Assembly (NCBI RefSeq): GCF_018977255.1
Contig: NW_024704742.1
Location: 15,006,001-15,066,000, forward strand
Length of the DNA: 60,000 nt
Source: Callorhinchus milii
Lineage: Eukaryota
Direction: 5' to 3'
Numbering within the stretch: the stretch's first letter is position 1; the number at the start of each line of letters is the position of its first letter. Below the pieces are notes generated by a model, which worked only from the letters and a program-made list of their open reading frames with translations, had not been told where the DNA came from and ran no database searches. Both the position numbers and the translations under genes were made by a program. Shown in pieces: positions 1 through 11,864 of this stretch.

Positions 1-1374
1 AAATAAGCCCTGGGCCAATTTAGACTGTGACAGAGAACCTAACAATTGCTGGCAATTCAGAGCTCCAAGAGGTTGCCCCGTGTGAAGGGCATTATATAAA
101 TGTAAGTTGTTGTTGATGTTGTTGTTTTTGGATACCAGTCAGTCACTGTTTATTCATAAACATTGGATATATCTAGTTGGTTAGTTGGTTGGTAGATGGA
201 ATTCTGAAATCGCTAACCCTTCCCATGCCATTTTCATCCAAACTTGTCTTTAACCATACATCACCTCACATCCAATAATAAGATCATTTAACATTATCAA
301 ATTGTAACAGAACAATAAGAACCGAAGAAACAAAGGTAAGCAAATGGACCTTTCAGCCCAATAGCCTACTTCTTCCATAGGTCATGGGCAGTGTACCTTC
401 CTGCTAACTCCTCATTCAATCTCCCCAGGGAAACATATGCTGAATGTTCTCTAATCACTAAAGGACATTAAGCATGTCTCCACTATTGATCCCTATCGTC
501 CACAGACCATATTTCTGCCACCTCTCCCCAGCCATAGAAGTTTGGAACCATGTTTCGGTAACGTTATTGATTTGGGCAGGTGAGCATGTCTGATTCTCCA
601 CTGGTTGAAGGTGTAATCTTGCAATGGGACTTTCCTATTAATAACTCACATCAAAATGATCAATAAATTTTCAGGCAATCAAAAGATCACCTTCACTTGT
701 AACTGACAATAATTTAATCTACAATAATTTAACAATAAATGGGATGACAGATATGGCTATACATCCTCCTTTTACCGATCACTGTGCTGATTGCCTTGGA
801 ATCTAATTGGCTTATATGAAAGTTGTTTCCCCCTTTAGAGAGTCCAGGTTCATTTGCTTGAGCCTTTTCAGAGCATACCTGTAGCTACGTACATGATCCC
901 CAACATAAATTTTCATTGTTGGCTGTTTGATTTCTGTGCAGAGGCTGCTGCTTGGTAACCAAATAAGAATTCTCTAGAGGTGCAAGTCTCTCACATATAT
1001 ATTAAACATGCCATTCCGACAAGTCACAACTATTCTGGATAAACTTGGCTTTGTTTGTTCCAAAGCTTCTTGTTTGTTGGTCAGTGCTAACTCTAGCTTT
1101 GACGCTATTCTCTGAGTATACAACATTCACAACGTGGTGCTGATTTTTGTTTGCGATTGATGCCTGAAAACATAGCACCTATTTCCTTTCATTTATATCT
1201 CTTCAATATGGTCTATTTGCTTCTTTCAGATTTTTAGTTTGGATAAGAATTGTTGACTTCCATCACACCTCTTTCCTCCATTTTATATTATTTTCTCCAC
1301 TTCCCTTCCGTCCCTCCGCACACATCAAGAGATTGGATGAGCAACCTGTTTCTAGGTGTTTCAAAGGTGTTCTA

Positions 1375-2440
1375 TAACGCTTTTCTCCTCCAGCCCCCAC
1401 ATCATTTTGTGTGGCGTTCCTCAGGGCTCTGTCCTTGGTCCCCTCCTCTTCAATATCTATATGCTCCCTCTTGGTGACATCATCTGCAGACATGGGGTGA
1501 ACTTCCACATGTGTGCGGATGACACCCAACTCTACCTCTCTGCCTCCACCCTTGACTCCAGATCACTGCTGTCCTGACAGAATGTCTGATGTTTGTCTGA
1601 TGTCTCATCAAGTCCTGGATGAGAGCTAACATTCTTCAGTTGAATATCAACAAGACAAGGCCCTCCTGATTGCTTCACACCTCACGCGCTGATAGCATCA
1701 CCATCCAAGGATCCACACTCCATCTTACTAAGACAGTCCCGAACCTTGGCATCTTGTTTGACCCTCAAGTTTCCTTTCTATCTCACATCCGTTCTGCCTT
1801 CCGACACTTCTGAAACATAGCCCAGCTCACACCACAGACCGCCAAACCCTCATGCATGCATTCATAACTTCCAGGCTTGACTATGCAAACTCACTGCTTG
1901 TCGGCCTCCCCAACTCCTCCCTCCATAGGCTGTAGATCATCCAGAACTTTGCAGCATCTCCTGCACCAGGCTCCATGACCCCATCACCCCCATCCTCACC
2001 TGACTCCACTGGCTTCCCATCACACAGAGGATATAGTTCAAGATCCTGGTCCTCACCTTCAAAGCCCTCCACGGCCTTGCTCCCCACTACCTTTGCGACC
2101 TTCTAACCCCCTACCAACCTGTCTGCTCCCTCCGCTCAGTGGGGTCCAACCTGCTTCACATCCTCCACCTCACCTGCCCCACCATTGTCAGGCGGCCTTC
2201 AGCCACTCTGCCCCCATCCTCTGGAACGCCATCCCAGAGTCCCTCCATCTCGCCCCTTCCCTTGCTTCCTTCAAGACACTCCTCTTCGACTATGCTTTCG
2301 ATCACCCTCCTTCCCCCACTGCCCTCTACCCTCCCCGATCACGACCCCCAGCTCGGGACTGAAACACTGCCTGTCCAGCACCTTGGGACATCCTTCCGAT
2401 GTGAAAGGCGCTATACAAATGTAATTTTGTTGTTGTTGTT
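1375..2440 (+). mobile_element. L2 LINE, 5'-truncated, degenerate RT C-terminal half plus 3' UTR and tail
   Basis: Encodes [13 protein letters not shown] and (C)ADDTQLY RT motifs. Has a pyrimidine-rich 3' UTR, a terminal stem-loop (CAGCACCTTGGGACATCC...GTGAAAGGCGCTATA) and a (TTG)n tail. Collinear with the copies at 35.3, 41.7 and 46.3 kb. Confidence 0.95.
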
Positions 2441-2834
2441 CTATAAGCAGCCATTAACAATGGCAGCAGGGTCTCTGTTAATGCTGCCATTTGTTTCTCA
2501 AACTGCATGGACACTGAATGCTCAATGCCCCACCCACACCCTCCCCTTCCTCACTTCACCTCCTCCCCAGTGATGTACTTGTATGATTATCAGCCTCAAT
2601 GGACCTGTGAGGAAAGTCCACTGCTAGAAATAAAACTCATATACAGAACCTCTAAATGCCTGTGACTTTTACAGTTCAGGTTTTTATGTATTGCTCTGTA
2701 ATTTAAGTATAAAAGGGTATGGTTAAAGGTGGAGTATTGTGATTAAAAGTTTTGCCAAGATCTAATAAACTAGTGAAACAGGCTCTGTGGGCTAAACAGC
2801 TTCTTCCTGATGATGTTTTCTTATAAGAACACAA

Positions 2835-2925
2835 TTGATTTGGATGGCTCTTTTCAAAGAGCCAGCACAGACACGATGGGCTGAATGGCCTCCTTCTGTG
2901 CTGTATAATACTATAATTCTATGAT
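2835..2925 (+). mobile_element. CR1 LINE 3' terminus
   Basis: GATGGGCTGAATGGCCTCCTTCTGTGCTGTA...ATTCTATG matches the 3' end of the CR1 at 54100-54172. Confidence 0.85.
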
Positions 2926-3218
2926 AAGAATTGCTAGACAAAAGAAGACCAAGGGATATCCAGTTCACTTTCCACCATCCTGGCAGTTGCATCCACGTGT
3001 CATGTCCCAAATTATATATTGTATATCTGGATATCTTATGGCCATCATGCTGACTCAGAAAACCTTGGGTCTCACCTGAGATCACATGAGGGCTACCATC
3101 TTGTGGTGTCCCCTGCTGGAAGTGCAGTTTAGGCTATAAGATACTTTTTTTGGCTGTGAGGAACAATTAAACCTGCTGTTTTCCTGGGGGACACTTTTTC
3201 AGCCCCCTCGACTAATTT

Positions 3219-3531
3219 GTGGAGTCCTGTAGCTCAGTGGTTAGAGCACTCGCTTTGCAAGCGAGAGACCTGAATTCAATTCCAGGCAGAGGGCGAAACC
3301 TTGGGCAAGTTTTCTTACTCCACACGCCTAATAATAATCCCTCCAAAAAAAACAAAAAAATTGGTCATTTTCAATCTACGACTGTTTGTGGGACATTGCT
3401 GTGCGCAATTGGCTGTTCGCCCACAAAAAAATATACAGTCAATTCACTTTACAATGTGTTCTGTGAAGCGCTTTGGGACGTCCTCCCGACGTGAAAAGCA
3501 CTATATCAAATGCAAGGATTATTATTATTAT
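3219..3531 (+). mobile_element. tRNA-Ala(TGC)-derived SINE, young short subfamily (Deu-like core, L2-type tail)
   Basis: Box A TAGCTCAGTGG, anticodon arm CTCGC-TTTGCAA-GCGAG, box B-like ATTCAATTCC, core CTGTTTGTGGGACATTGCTGTGCGCAATTGGCTG and (ATT)n tail. Near-identical to the copies at 13.4, 18.9, 28.5 and 55.0 kb. Confidence 0.95.
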
Positions 3532-3734
3532 TTTAATTTAATGGGGAATGGAATGATAGAAGATGCAAAAAATGAGAGCTGGAAAGAGATTATGTCAAAG
3601 AAGCATTCCCTGGATCAGCATGATACATATTGGGATACCTGCAGAAGTTACTTTTGCGACTTCTTGTGGAACTTTCAGCCTGAATACAACCTTGTGTCCT
3701 TGCTTCAGTAGATCTTTCAACTTTGTGTGTGACT

Positions 3735-3990
3735 AAATGGATTTGAGAAAGTAAACCCAGAGAATACTTTCAGATGCACCAAGGCAGCAGAATACGAGGG
3801 CATGGGTTCAGGGTTTATGTCCTTGGGTCTGATTATGTACAATTTTAGGACAGATACAAAAAAGTAGGGTCTTCACACAGAGGGTAATTAACGACTGGAA
3901 AATGCTACCAGGAAAAGTGGTTGAAGCCAGGGTGCTGAATTTATTTAGGAAACAGTTTTATCCTGCAATGGATGGAGAATATGTTGGGTA
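3735..3990 (+). mobile_element. Old CR1 3' fragment
   Basis: Contains TTCACACAGAGGGTAATTAACGACTGGAA (FTQRVIN.W-type CR1 C-terminus) and GTGGTTGAAGC. Confidence 0.65.
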
Positions 3991-4033
3991 TTCTAGGAAG
4001 GTTGCGATTAATGACAACAACTTGCACGCTTTT

Positions 4034-4155
4034 GGCTTTTCCTATCATTGTGAAGCAGGATTCACCCAGTAATAGGGGAAGTGAGCTGGGTTTAGACTAT
4101 CAGGAGACAGGTTACTTTTATCTGACTGTTGATGTGTTGTTGCAATGGTAATCCT
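4034..4155 (+). pseudogene. Degenerate 28S rRNA fragment (domain V/VI, just upstream of the sarcin-ricin loop)
   Basis: TTCCTATCATTGTGAAGCAG...AATAGGG..GTGAGCTGGGTTTAGAC...GAGACAGGTTA...GATGTGTTGTTGCAATGGTAATCCT matches conserved eukaryotic 28S sequence. There is an internal deletion between the two TTCACC words. Confidence 0.9.
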
Positions 4156-4769
4156 AACGCAGAACCCTGAATGGTCTCCGACCCTCTCTTCTCGTGTTGT
4201 AATGTGAATGTTCATAAAGGAACATATTTAAAAACACACAAAAGGAGATCTCTAACAATTACTATCTCAGTGATGACTCTTTCCTCTATATTGTTTTGTA
4301 ACAAATCATTTGCAGTATTAAATCATCACAAGACAGGGCAAGTTTCTGTCATTTCAATGACTTTCACACCAATCTTAGATCACTGAGGTTTATTCAGGTT
4401 TCTTCACCCAGCACTCACTGTGTGTTGTCTTAGAGGCTGATAGACAACAGCCCAGCATTTACACATTCAGTGTTCACTTTGTAACTGCAACAATAGCTGA
4501 ACAGTATTCAAAATCATATCAAATCTATGTGCGCATGTGGTCTGCTTGAATGATGACAAGTTACTTCACCAGTTATTCCATTTTTGAATCAATTACAATC
4601 TTCACCAATGGCAACATGAACTAATCATCACCCTATATTGAAGCAATAAAAATAATGGATATCAGGAAATTATAGGAATGTCAGCAACACTCAATGTGCT
4701 CAGATAATGTAAATTATTAATGCGGTGGCCATTCATTAGTTACAAGTTTGCATTGGGATTTCCTTTTAT

Positions 4770-5060
4770 AGCAACAATAACTTCCACTTATATAAACCCC
4801 TTCACTTAGGAAAATGTTTCAAAGCCCTCCAAGTGGGAGCCCAAACAGCATGGAAGATAGGGTGGTAGTAGGGAGGTAGCCAAAGGTACAGTCAAAGAAA
4901 TAGATTAATTAAATGAGTTTTGAAAGCAGAGAGGGAGGGTGCAAGGCAGATGGATTATAGGAGGGTTACAGAGAGGGGGGGGAAGTAGCTTTCCCACCAA
5001 TAGTGGGGCAGAAGGTGTGGGTGGGAAATAGTACTACAGGAGATCATAGCCAAGGGTGTG
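4770..5060 (-). mobile_element. Old L2 3' end
   Basis: Reverse-strand L2 tail (CAACAATAAC...TATATA) followed by the purine-rich complement of the L2 3' UTR. Confidence 0.6.
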
Positions 5061-5884
5061 CAGGCATTTGACTTTTAGAACAAGTTGTAAACACAAAAAG
5101 AGAAGATTGATAGTGGATATAATGTTACTTGTAATTTCTAATTCAGTACAAGTCACAGTTTTGCTGAGATGACAATTGTCCTTGTCTTTTGACATATGTC
5201 AATGACACTCCTCACCCAGACTAAGAAATACAGCAATTGCCACACATTTATCAAGAAATAATCTGGATTTGATTAGAGGGACATTCTGCAACTGTTATAT
5301 ATATATATATATACAAAAAGATAAATTGGATACATTTTATGAAGAATACACATTTGTCCTTTTTTGAAGAGGGGGAAGGGAGTTTTTGCTGGATTTGTGC
5401 CAGCGAGATGTCAGAAACTCTCTGTGGACCACTGCAGTGTCCTTTAGAGGTTTCAAGTTCTGCTCCACACAGTCTTTATGTGTGAGATCAAGATCTGCTT
5501 TGTGGTCTTTTCTCCTTCCTTGGCCTGGTGTACATTTCTCAATTTGTGCCTCATTTTAAAAGCCATGAAAATCTGCCCTTCCTTCCTCAAGCCTTCAGTG
5601 ACATTGATTGGCAGTCGCTGCTATCGACTGTTTTCTTAACCCTTTGAGAACCAAATTTCCCTCACAGCTTGTCACACACAAACACGTTTTTCATCACCAA
5701 GGCTCCACACAAATGTCATCCATTGCAATTATAGACCAAATATTCTGCTGTAACGAAGCAGCCCTTTGTTCCACAATTTTCGCTGTTTTCATCGCAATCT
5801 ATGAGCTTATTCAAATTTACATATTAAAATGGCATTTATGGCTCAGTTCATATGAATGACCTTCAACATTGGCGCATATGTAAC

Positions 5885-6204
5885 AATCCAGACTGACGTC
5901 TTTAGTGCAGTGCTGGGGCAGCGCTGCATTGTTGGAGGTGCCATTGTTCGGATGAGACATTAAACTAAGTCCTGTCTGCCTGCTTAGATGGATGTTAAAA
6001 AACCCATGCCACTATTTGAAAAGAGAAGGGAGTTTCTCCCATGCTTCTGATCAACAATCATATGGGACATTTATTGCTTCAAAATTGATTGCCCTGTTTG
6101 CTGGAAAATGTGTAGTCACTTCACTTAACAATAAATCCCGTGAGCTACTTTGAGCCATTTTGATGATGTGGTAAGGTCTATTACAAATGCAAGGATTATT
6201 ATTA
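5885..6204 (+). mobile_element. Old Deu-type SINE (SacSINE1-like), 5'-truncated
   Basis: GCTGCATTGTTGGAGGTGCC...GGATGAGACATTAAA...GTCTGCCTG...GGATGTTAAA...CCATGCCACTATT and the tail AATGCAAGGATTATTATT. Confidence 0.85.
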
Positions 6205-6517
6205 TAGATGTATTGCAGTAAATACAGTAGTTGGTTTCACAGTTCTAACAGGTAATAAACAGGTAAACACTGACAAATACAATTACGAATAAATTGTCTT
6301 CATTAGCCATGTTTATCCAATTTTTTTGATAAATCTTCTCCTGCTTCATGCCTCACTCTGACACCTTAATTTCTCATTTGACATGTGTTTTTTATTTTAA
6401 ATATTCTCACAATTTGTAGGAATTCAGGGCCTCAAATGATTCTCTAATTTTAGGACTGAGACTCGGGAGCTACAAAGCTTGCATCTGCCAAGTGATGGAA
6501 TAAAATAACCCTGTTTG

Positions 6518-6610
6518 AGAGAAGCTGCAGGGAAATCCCATCTATTCCAGAGAACCTGCAGGGAAATCCCATCTATTCCAGAGAAGCTGCAGGGAAATTC
6601 CATCTATTCC
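6518..6610. repeat. Tandem repeat, 3 x 31 bp
   Basis: Unit AGAGAA(G/C)CTGCAGGGAAAT(C/T)CCATCTATTCC starting at 6518, 6549 and 6580. Confidence 0.97.
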
Positions 6611-7880
6611 TCTTGGAGTCAGTACCATTTAAAGTCATACACTACATAGTGGATTTGATGTGGACGCCCGATTACCTGACAGAGCTCACCTTCCAGGATC
6701 TTAGACAGATGTGGTCACCTTACCAGTCCTCCACAGTAAGATGGTTGGAATAACATCACACAATTTGCAAGTCTGCCAGGTTAATCTCATGAGTAGGAGT
6801 GCTTCTGCATACTCAATGGTTTTCCAATCTAAAAAGCTAGGTGGCTGGCAATGGTCACAGCAAAACATCACTTCCCTCTACACCAATTTGAGAAACTTTT
6901 GCCCAAGTGTCTTGTCTCAGATCACCATCATTTACAGAACCAGGGATGCTCAAACATTGTGGAAAATCTCTCACCCATCGGTTGGTGCCACAGCACAATT
7001 TCAATAAGTCTTTCTGTCCTCCCAGGAATGAAGCAGGTCAGCTTTGTGAGCAATTCATCCTTGTTGGGGTTAATCAGCGACAGTTTGTTGTTATGTTACC
7101 CAGTCTATGAAGTACACAAGAAAGCGAACTGAATCTCAAAGTTCTTAAATCATGCTGTGATTATTTTTCTGTCAAGAATTAATCCTAGCTATTGATATTT
7201 TAATAATTTTGGCTTTGGGTTGAATCCTATTCTTCAACTTGGCCTCATTATTTAAAATTTCCTCTGGAAGTTTGAGCAACGTGACCTTAGTCAAAAGAGT
7301 ATTAAAGTGATAAAAATGAGTCTATGTAGTTCAGTAATTTCATCACATTGCCTTCACGTTTCTGAAATCTCAATTCATATCCTTCTTAACTTGAGAGGAT
7401 GACAGCCAAACAACTTGCACAAGTATAACATGTAATAATCAACAACAACTTGCACAAACATAGCATGCTAAAGATCCTATGCCACTATTCAAAAAGAGAA
7501 GTGAATTTCTTTTGGTGCCCTAACCAACAATTTTCGAAATAAAATAGATCAAAAAATGATGGAACAATGTTTGCGGAACACAGAATATTCTGTGAAGTAG
7601 ACTTGACAATAAAAAACTTTTGAGGGTTTTCAATGATGTGATAAGATGTTATACCAAGTGCAAGGATTATTATTATTAAGTGTCAGAATTACAGCTTGAA
7701 TCATTGAATCACCAAAACATGAATTTGGGCATTGCCACTGTTTTTTCAGTTGTTTCCTCTCCAATATTCTTCTGTCTTCCCCGACTACTGGGATATAGTA
7801 TGCCTCAGGCTCCAGTATCTCTCCCAGGTGGCTATTCTTCAAGTATGAACCTAAATTCTGCATTGATCATCTATTTACCC

Positions 7881-8169
7881 GGAGTCCTGTAGGTATTGGT
7901 AAGAACACTTGCCTCGCAAGCGAGAGGACTTGGGTTCAATTCCCGGGTAGGGCAAAATGTTAGGCAAGGTTCCTTACTCCACACACCTCTGTTGACCTAG
8001 CAGTAAGTAGGTACCCGGTTGATAGTACGCTGCTGTGCACAATTGGCTGCCGCGTTTTGCCCATAAAATATACGGTAAATTCACTTTATAGTTCATTCTA
8101 TTAAGCTCTTTGAGACGTCTCAAAGTCGTGATAAGGCGTTATATTAAAATGCAAGGATTATTGTTATTT
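7881..8169 (+). mobile_element. tRNA-Ala SINE, older long subfamily
   Basis: Same tRNA head and tail as the young subfamily, with an extra CTCTGTTGACCTAGCAGTAAGTAGGTACCCGGTTG block. Confidence 0.9.
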
Positions 8170-9809
8170 AACTGTAAGTATCACATCTAAGTGATCCTTT
8201 CCTTTCTCAATGTCTCTTCTTAACCACACACACATACAAACACACACTTTCCAGAAAAGGAGGGAAGGGATCAATGAATAGTGATTCGGAGGAGGAACCA
8301 TGGTTGAATCTTCCCTCCCTAGCCCAGGAATGCTGAGGCCTCCTGAGGGCTATCCACTACTTTGCTTGATCAGATCAGCAAACTCAACATGGAACAGAGA
8401 TTAAACACTGGAATCTTCCAAGCCTGTACGGCTCTTATTCATTCCGGGCCTAATCATATAAAATAATGGGGTGAAGGGGAAGAATGTTGGTTTGTTTCAA
8501 TGATGAAAAATCCCCCCACAAGATAAACAGGACAGTTTCTAATGCCTGAAGCTACACTACAGAACTGCTTCTTGAAGTGGTTCTGTGATATGAATGCCGC
8601 ATTATTAAAAGGATACGACTTTTATTATAGAAATTTACAACACAGAATAAAGCCATTTGGTCTATCATGTCTGTTTGTGCTTATGTCGCAAGACAATTTA
8701 TTGTATTTGTAAAGAGGAAGAGGTCAGTATGATGACAGCAAAGATGCGTTGATGTCAGGTCTGGTACTACAAACTATCATCACCTAAACTCCAGCATTAT
8801 TTTTCATAAAGTCGCTGAAAAGCTTACACTAATGAGGATAGTAACATAAACCCACCTATAGACCTTTCATTGCACCACTACTCTACTATAAAATATTTAA
8901 AGGGTACATATGAGAGACCTTTGCAATTGCCTATCAGTGACTTGCTCCATTCAATTGATCATGCTCAAATTAACAATGAAATAAGAATGATGAATGCATC
9001 ATTGTATAAATATTAGCAGAGTTGTCAGTTCTCCGTTGTTCCCAGTTCTCCAGTGTAAAGGGAAACCATGCTAGTTTTACTCAAATGATACCAGCAGTAG
9101 AATGAAATATCTGCCCAATTATATTGCATTTTCTCCCTCAGCGAGCTTCTGCATATTTATGCAGCAATACCTGACTATTCACTCCAAAGATGCTCAGTGA
9201 AGTCTTTTCCTGATAAGAAAACAATGGAAGTTGCTTCTATGCAATATATAGATGTACTTAATTAATTTAGCTGCTTTCAGTGTCAAGTTACACAATGTCA
9301 CATATTGTCAGATGACTGTGTTATGCCATTCTAATCCTCAGGCTGTTATCTGTGCGATATGTCAAACTTCATCAACCAATTTCTTTTCATTCTTCACTAC
9401 CTGATGTTTCCACTTTAGTTCAACAGTACTTGGGGATCTCAGCTGCTAAAATACTTTCTTTTTCAGGTCATAGCTAACTTGCATTTGTTTATTTTTTTGG
9501 TAAGGGTAGGAGCCCCGCCTTTGTAATATAACTTTGACCTTATCCTTTCCTTTCTTGTTTGCCATTTGTTATACATTGTCTGCAAAAGCAGGAGGACAAG
9601 CAACAGTGAGTAGGGCCTTACATTTGGAAGTCAACCACAAAGAGGCACACGAGAACAGGCCAGGGATAGCACTTCATTGGATTTGCCTGGCAAGGCCACG
9701 GCTGGCCACTGCTTGACATCATCCCTCAGTGACCAGATTCAGATAAGTAGCTCAGTGAAACCACGTCTCATTATGCAGAGGCACAATAAATTAGTGTTCC
9801 TACATAATG

Positions 9810-10175
9810 GGTCCTGTGGAATATCATACAATATCAACTTTTAATGATTGAAATCAATATTGGATTCCTGAAAAATGGTCTTGGGAGGCGAATTAGAGTC
9901 TAATCAAACTCCCTGCTTTTCTCCAACCCTCTCGACCAATTCAAGTATGATGTCGAGTACACTATGTATGCTCCTGACCAGCGGTCATAGACTGATGAAG
10001 TTTTATATATCAAGATGTACTCCCAACTCACGGAGTTCACATCCTCCACAAGGGCATCCCTTGGCAGAGTGCATGTGGCGCTACCAATTGTCAAAGATGA
10101 GCTGGAGGTCACTACAATGGGAAATTAGCTAATGATGGGTATCTCCATAATCAAACTGCAGGTCCGAGACTCTTC
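9810..10175 (-). mobile_element. Possible highly decayed RTE-type LINE fragment
   Basis: A minus frame with stops reads VSDLQFDYGD...SHCSDLQLIFD...LGVHL...DSNSPPKTIFQES. This loosely resembles RTE motifs (DLQFADD...DLQ; D.RLPK.IF). Confidence 0.35.
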
Positions 10176-10379
10176 CTCAACTCCTTTCAGGCCCAATTAA
10201 ATGTGAGGTTTGCTGAGAGATAAACGGATACCTGTATCTGGGTCTTTATCACAGCATCGCTGCATTTAGCCAGCCTCCCCGCAGATTGTAAAACAAGCCC
10301 CGCTTGCAAATCAACATTGAATTGAAGACTTTTGTCTCTTCAAAAGACAGAGCGGTGATGTTCGTATTAATATTTGGTG

Positions 10380-10816
10380 TCTGCCTGGCTCAGCAGGTAG
10401 TGCTCTCTCCTGAGTCAGAAGAATATGGGATCAAGCTCCACGTCAGGCCTTTGAGCTCACAGCCTACATTGACACTCCAATTTAGTGCTGGTGGTGCACT
10501 GCATTGTCTGAAGTACGGTCTTTCAGGTAATACATTAAATTAATACGTCATCTATCTGTTCAGATCTGGATATTAAAGATCCCATAACATTACTTGGAAA
10601 GTGAAGGGAGTTCCTCCAGTGTCCGACCAACAATCCTCCATATAAAATTAGTTACTCACTTCATGGCTGTTTATCAGACATTGTTGTGTGCAAATGGGTT
10701 ACACTATTCGACTACAAAATGCATAATCACTACACTTTACCTTAACTCCTGTGAAGCACTTTGAGACATCCTCCTGATGTGAAAGGCGCTATATTAAATC
10801 TAAGGATTATTATTAA
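10380..10816 (+). mobile_element. Old Deu-type SINE, near full length
   Basis: tRNA-like head (TGGCTCAG..GGTAG...GAGTCAGAAG), Deu-type core and L2-type tail (GTGAAAGGCGCTATA...GGATTATTATT). Confidence 0.88.
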
Positions 10817-11627
10817 TGATTTATATATATATTGCATCAAAGTAATAACAAGAACAACAATTTCCTTTTATATAACACCTACCACATTGGGAAGACATCT
10901 CAAAGTCCTTCATACAGCAAGGCAGCAAATTATATTAAAGGCTTCTTTTCGAAGGTCAAAGCATTGAGTAGATGATATTTGAAAAGTAGACGTTCAGACA
11001 TGCTGCAGTCCTAGTTCAGTGGATGCACTTAAACAAATGCTTACAAATCCTGACAGGCAGACAATCATTTTGACTTTGAGCTGATTTACTCTTAATTAAC
11101 TGCATCTAATTACAAACATGCTTAGCAGAACTGCTCTCAGACACTGTCCTCTGCTCTTGCTGACCAGCTGCGAAGGGTTTTAATTAGATGTGTCAAACCG
11201 CATATCAAAGATGTTTGGATTTCTTCATGTGAAATACAGTGTAAGCAGCACAGGCTCATCGTGAAAGAAAAAAATAGAGCAATTTTCCTTTCAAATCAAA
11301 TTGAGTTTTTCATAATAAATTACAGGCAAGAGCTGTACATTGGCAGTCTCAATATTCCCATCCCTGATATGTGCTGAGAATTAGCAGCAGTGTCACTGCT
11401 ATATTCATAGAGAAATGGAAATTGCAAAGGACTCTTACCAAATTAACAAGTAGCATTTATTTAACCCCTTTTATGTAGGAGAACATGTCAAAGCACTTTC
11501 CAGAGATGGAACAGGAGCCGGGCAGGGTGGGAGAAGCGAGAGAAAAGCAGGAATAGGAGATGGTAGGTGGGAGATAGTCAAAGGTGTCATCAAAGTGGTA
11601 GCTTTTTAGAAAGACCTAGCTCACACT

Positions 11628-11797
11628 GCCAGTTTGGCTCAATTGCTAGCACTCTCGTCACAAAGTCAGAAGGTTGTGGGTTTTAAGCCTGACATCGGGA
11701 CTTTGATCTTCTAGTCTAGGCTGACACTTCAGTTCAATCGTGGAGAGCACTGTGTTGTTGGAGGTGCTGTCCATCAGGTGACACTGAGGTCTCATCC
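11628..11797 (+). mobile_element. Deu-type SINE 5' half
   Basis: TGGCTCAATTGCTAGCACTCTC...GTCAGAAGGTTGTGGGTT...GGCTGACAC...TTGGAGGTGC. Directly abuts the second 28S-like fragment. Confidence 0.8.
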
Positions 11798-11864
11798 GGA
11801 TTTAGACTGTGGTGAGACACGTTAATTTTATCTGACTGATGCTGTGTTGTTGCAATCGTAAACT
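11798..11864 (+). pseudogene. Second degenerate 28S rRNA fragment
   Basis: TTTAGACTGTGGTGAGACACGTTAATTTTATCTGACTGATGCTGTGTTGTTGCAAT aligns to 4090-4150 and to 28S. Confidence 0.75.

Noticed and set aside
18..40. TTTAGACTGTGACAGAG as a third 28S-like copy
   Set aside because: The match is too short to be significant.
626..635. Single perfect kB site GGGACTTTCC
   Set aside because: Isolated 10-mers of this degenerate class are expected by chance in 60 kb.
3221..3297. tRNA-Ala(TGC)-like cloverleaf (also at 13.4, 18.9, 28.5 and 55.2 kb)
   Set aside because: Each copy continues into a SINE body and tail and has a poor acceptor stem. These are SINE heads, not tRNA genes.
5568..5579. Recurrent GAAAATCTGCCC (also at about 16225, variant at about 9105) as a transposon terminus
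   Set aside because: I could not find partner inverted ends or internal homology, so it is too short to support.
6518..6610. CRISPR-like repeats (also 32218-32304)
   Set aside because: The units are contiguous with no spacers, there are no cas genes, and the context is a vertebrate genome.
9808..10200. Protein-like plus frame (…FLKNGLGRRIRV*SNSLLFSNPLDQFKYDVEY…) as a pseudogene or viral fragment
   Set aside because: It contains stops and matches nothing I recognise. It is tentatively better explained as the antisense frame of a decayed RTE-like LINE. BLASTX would settle it.
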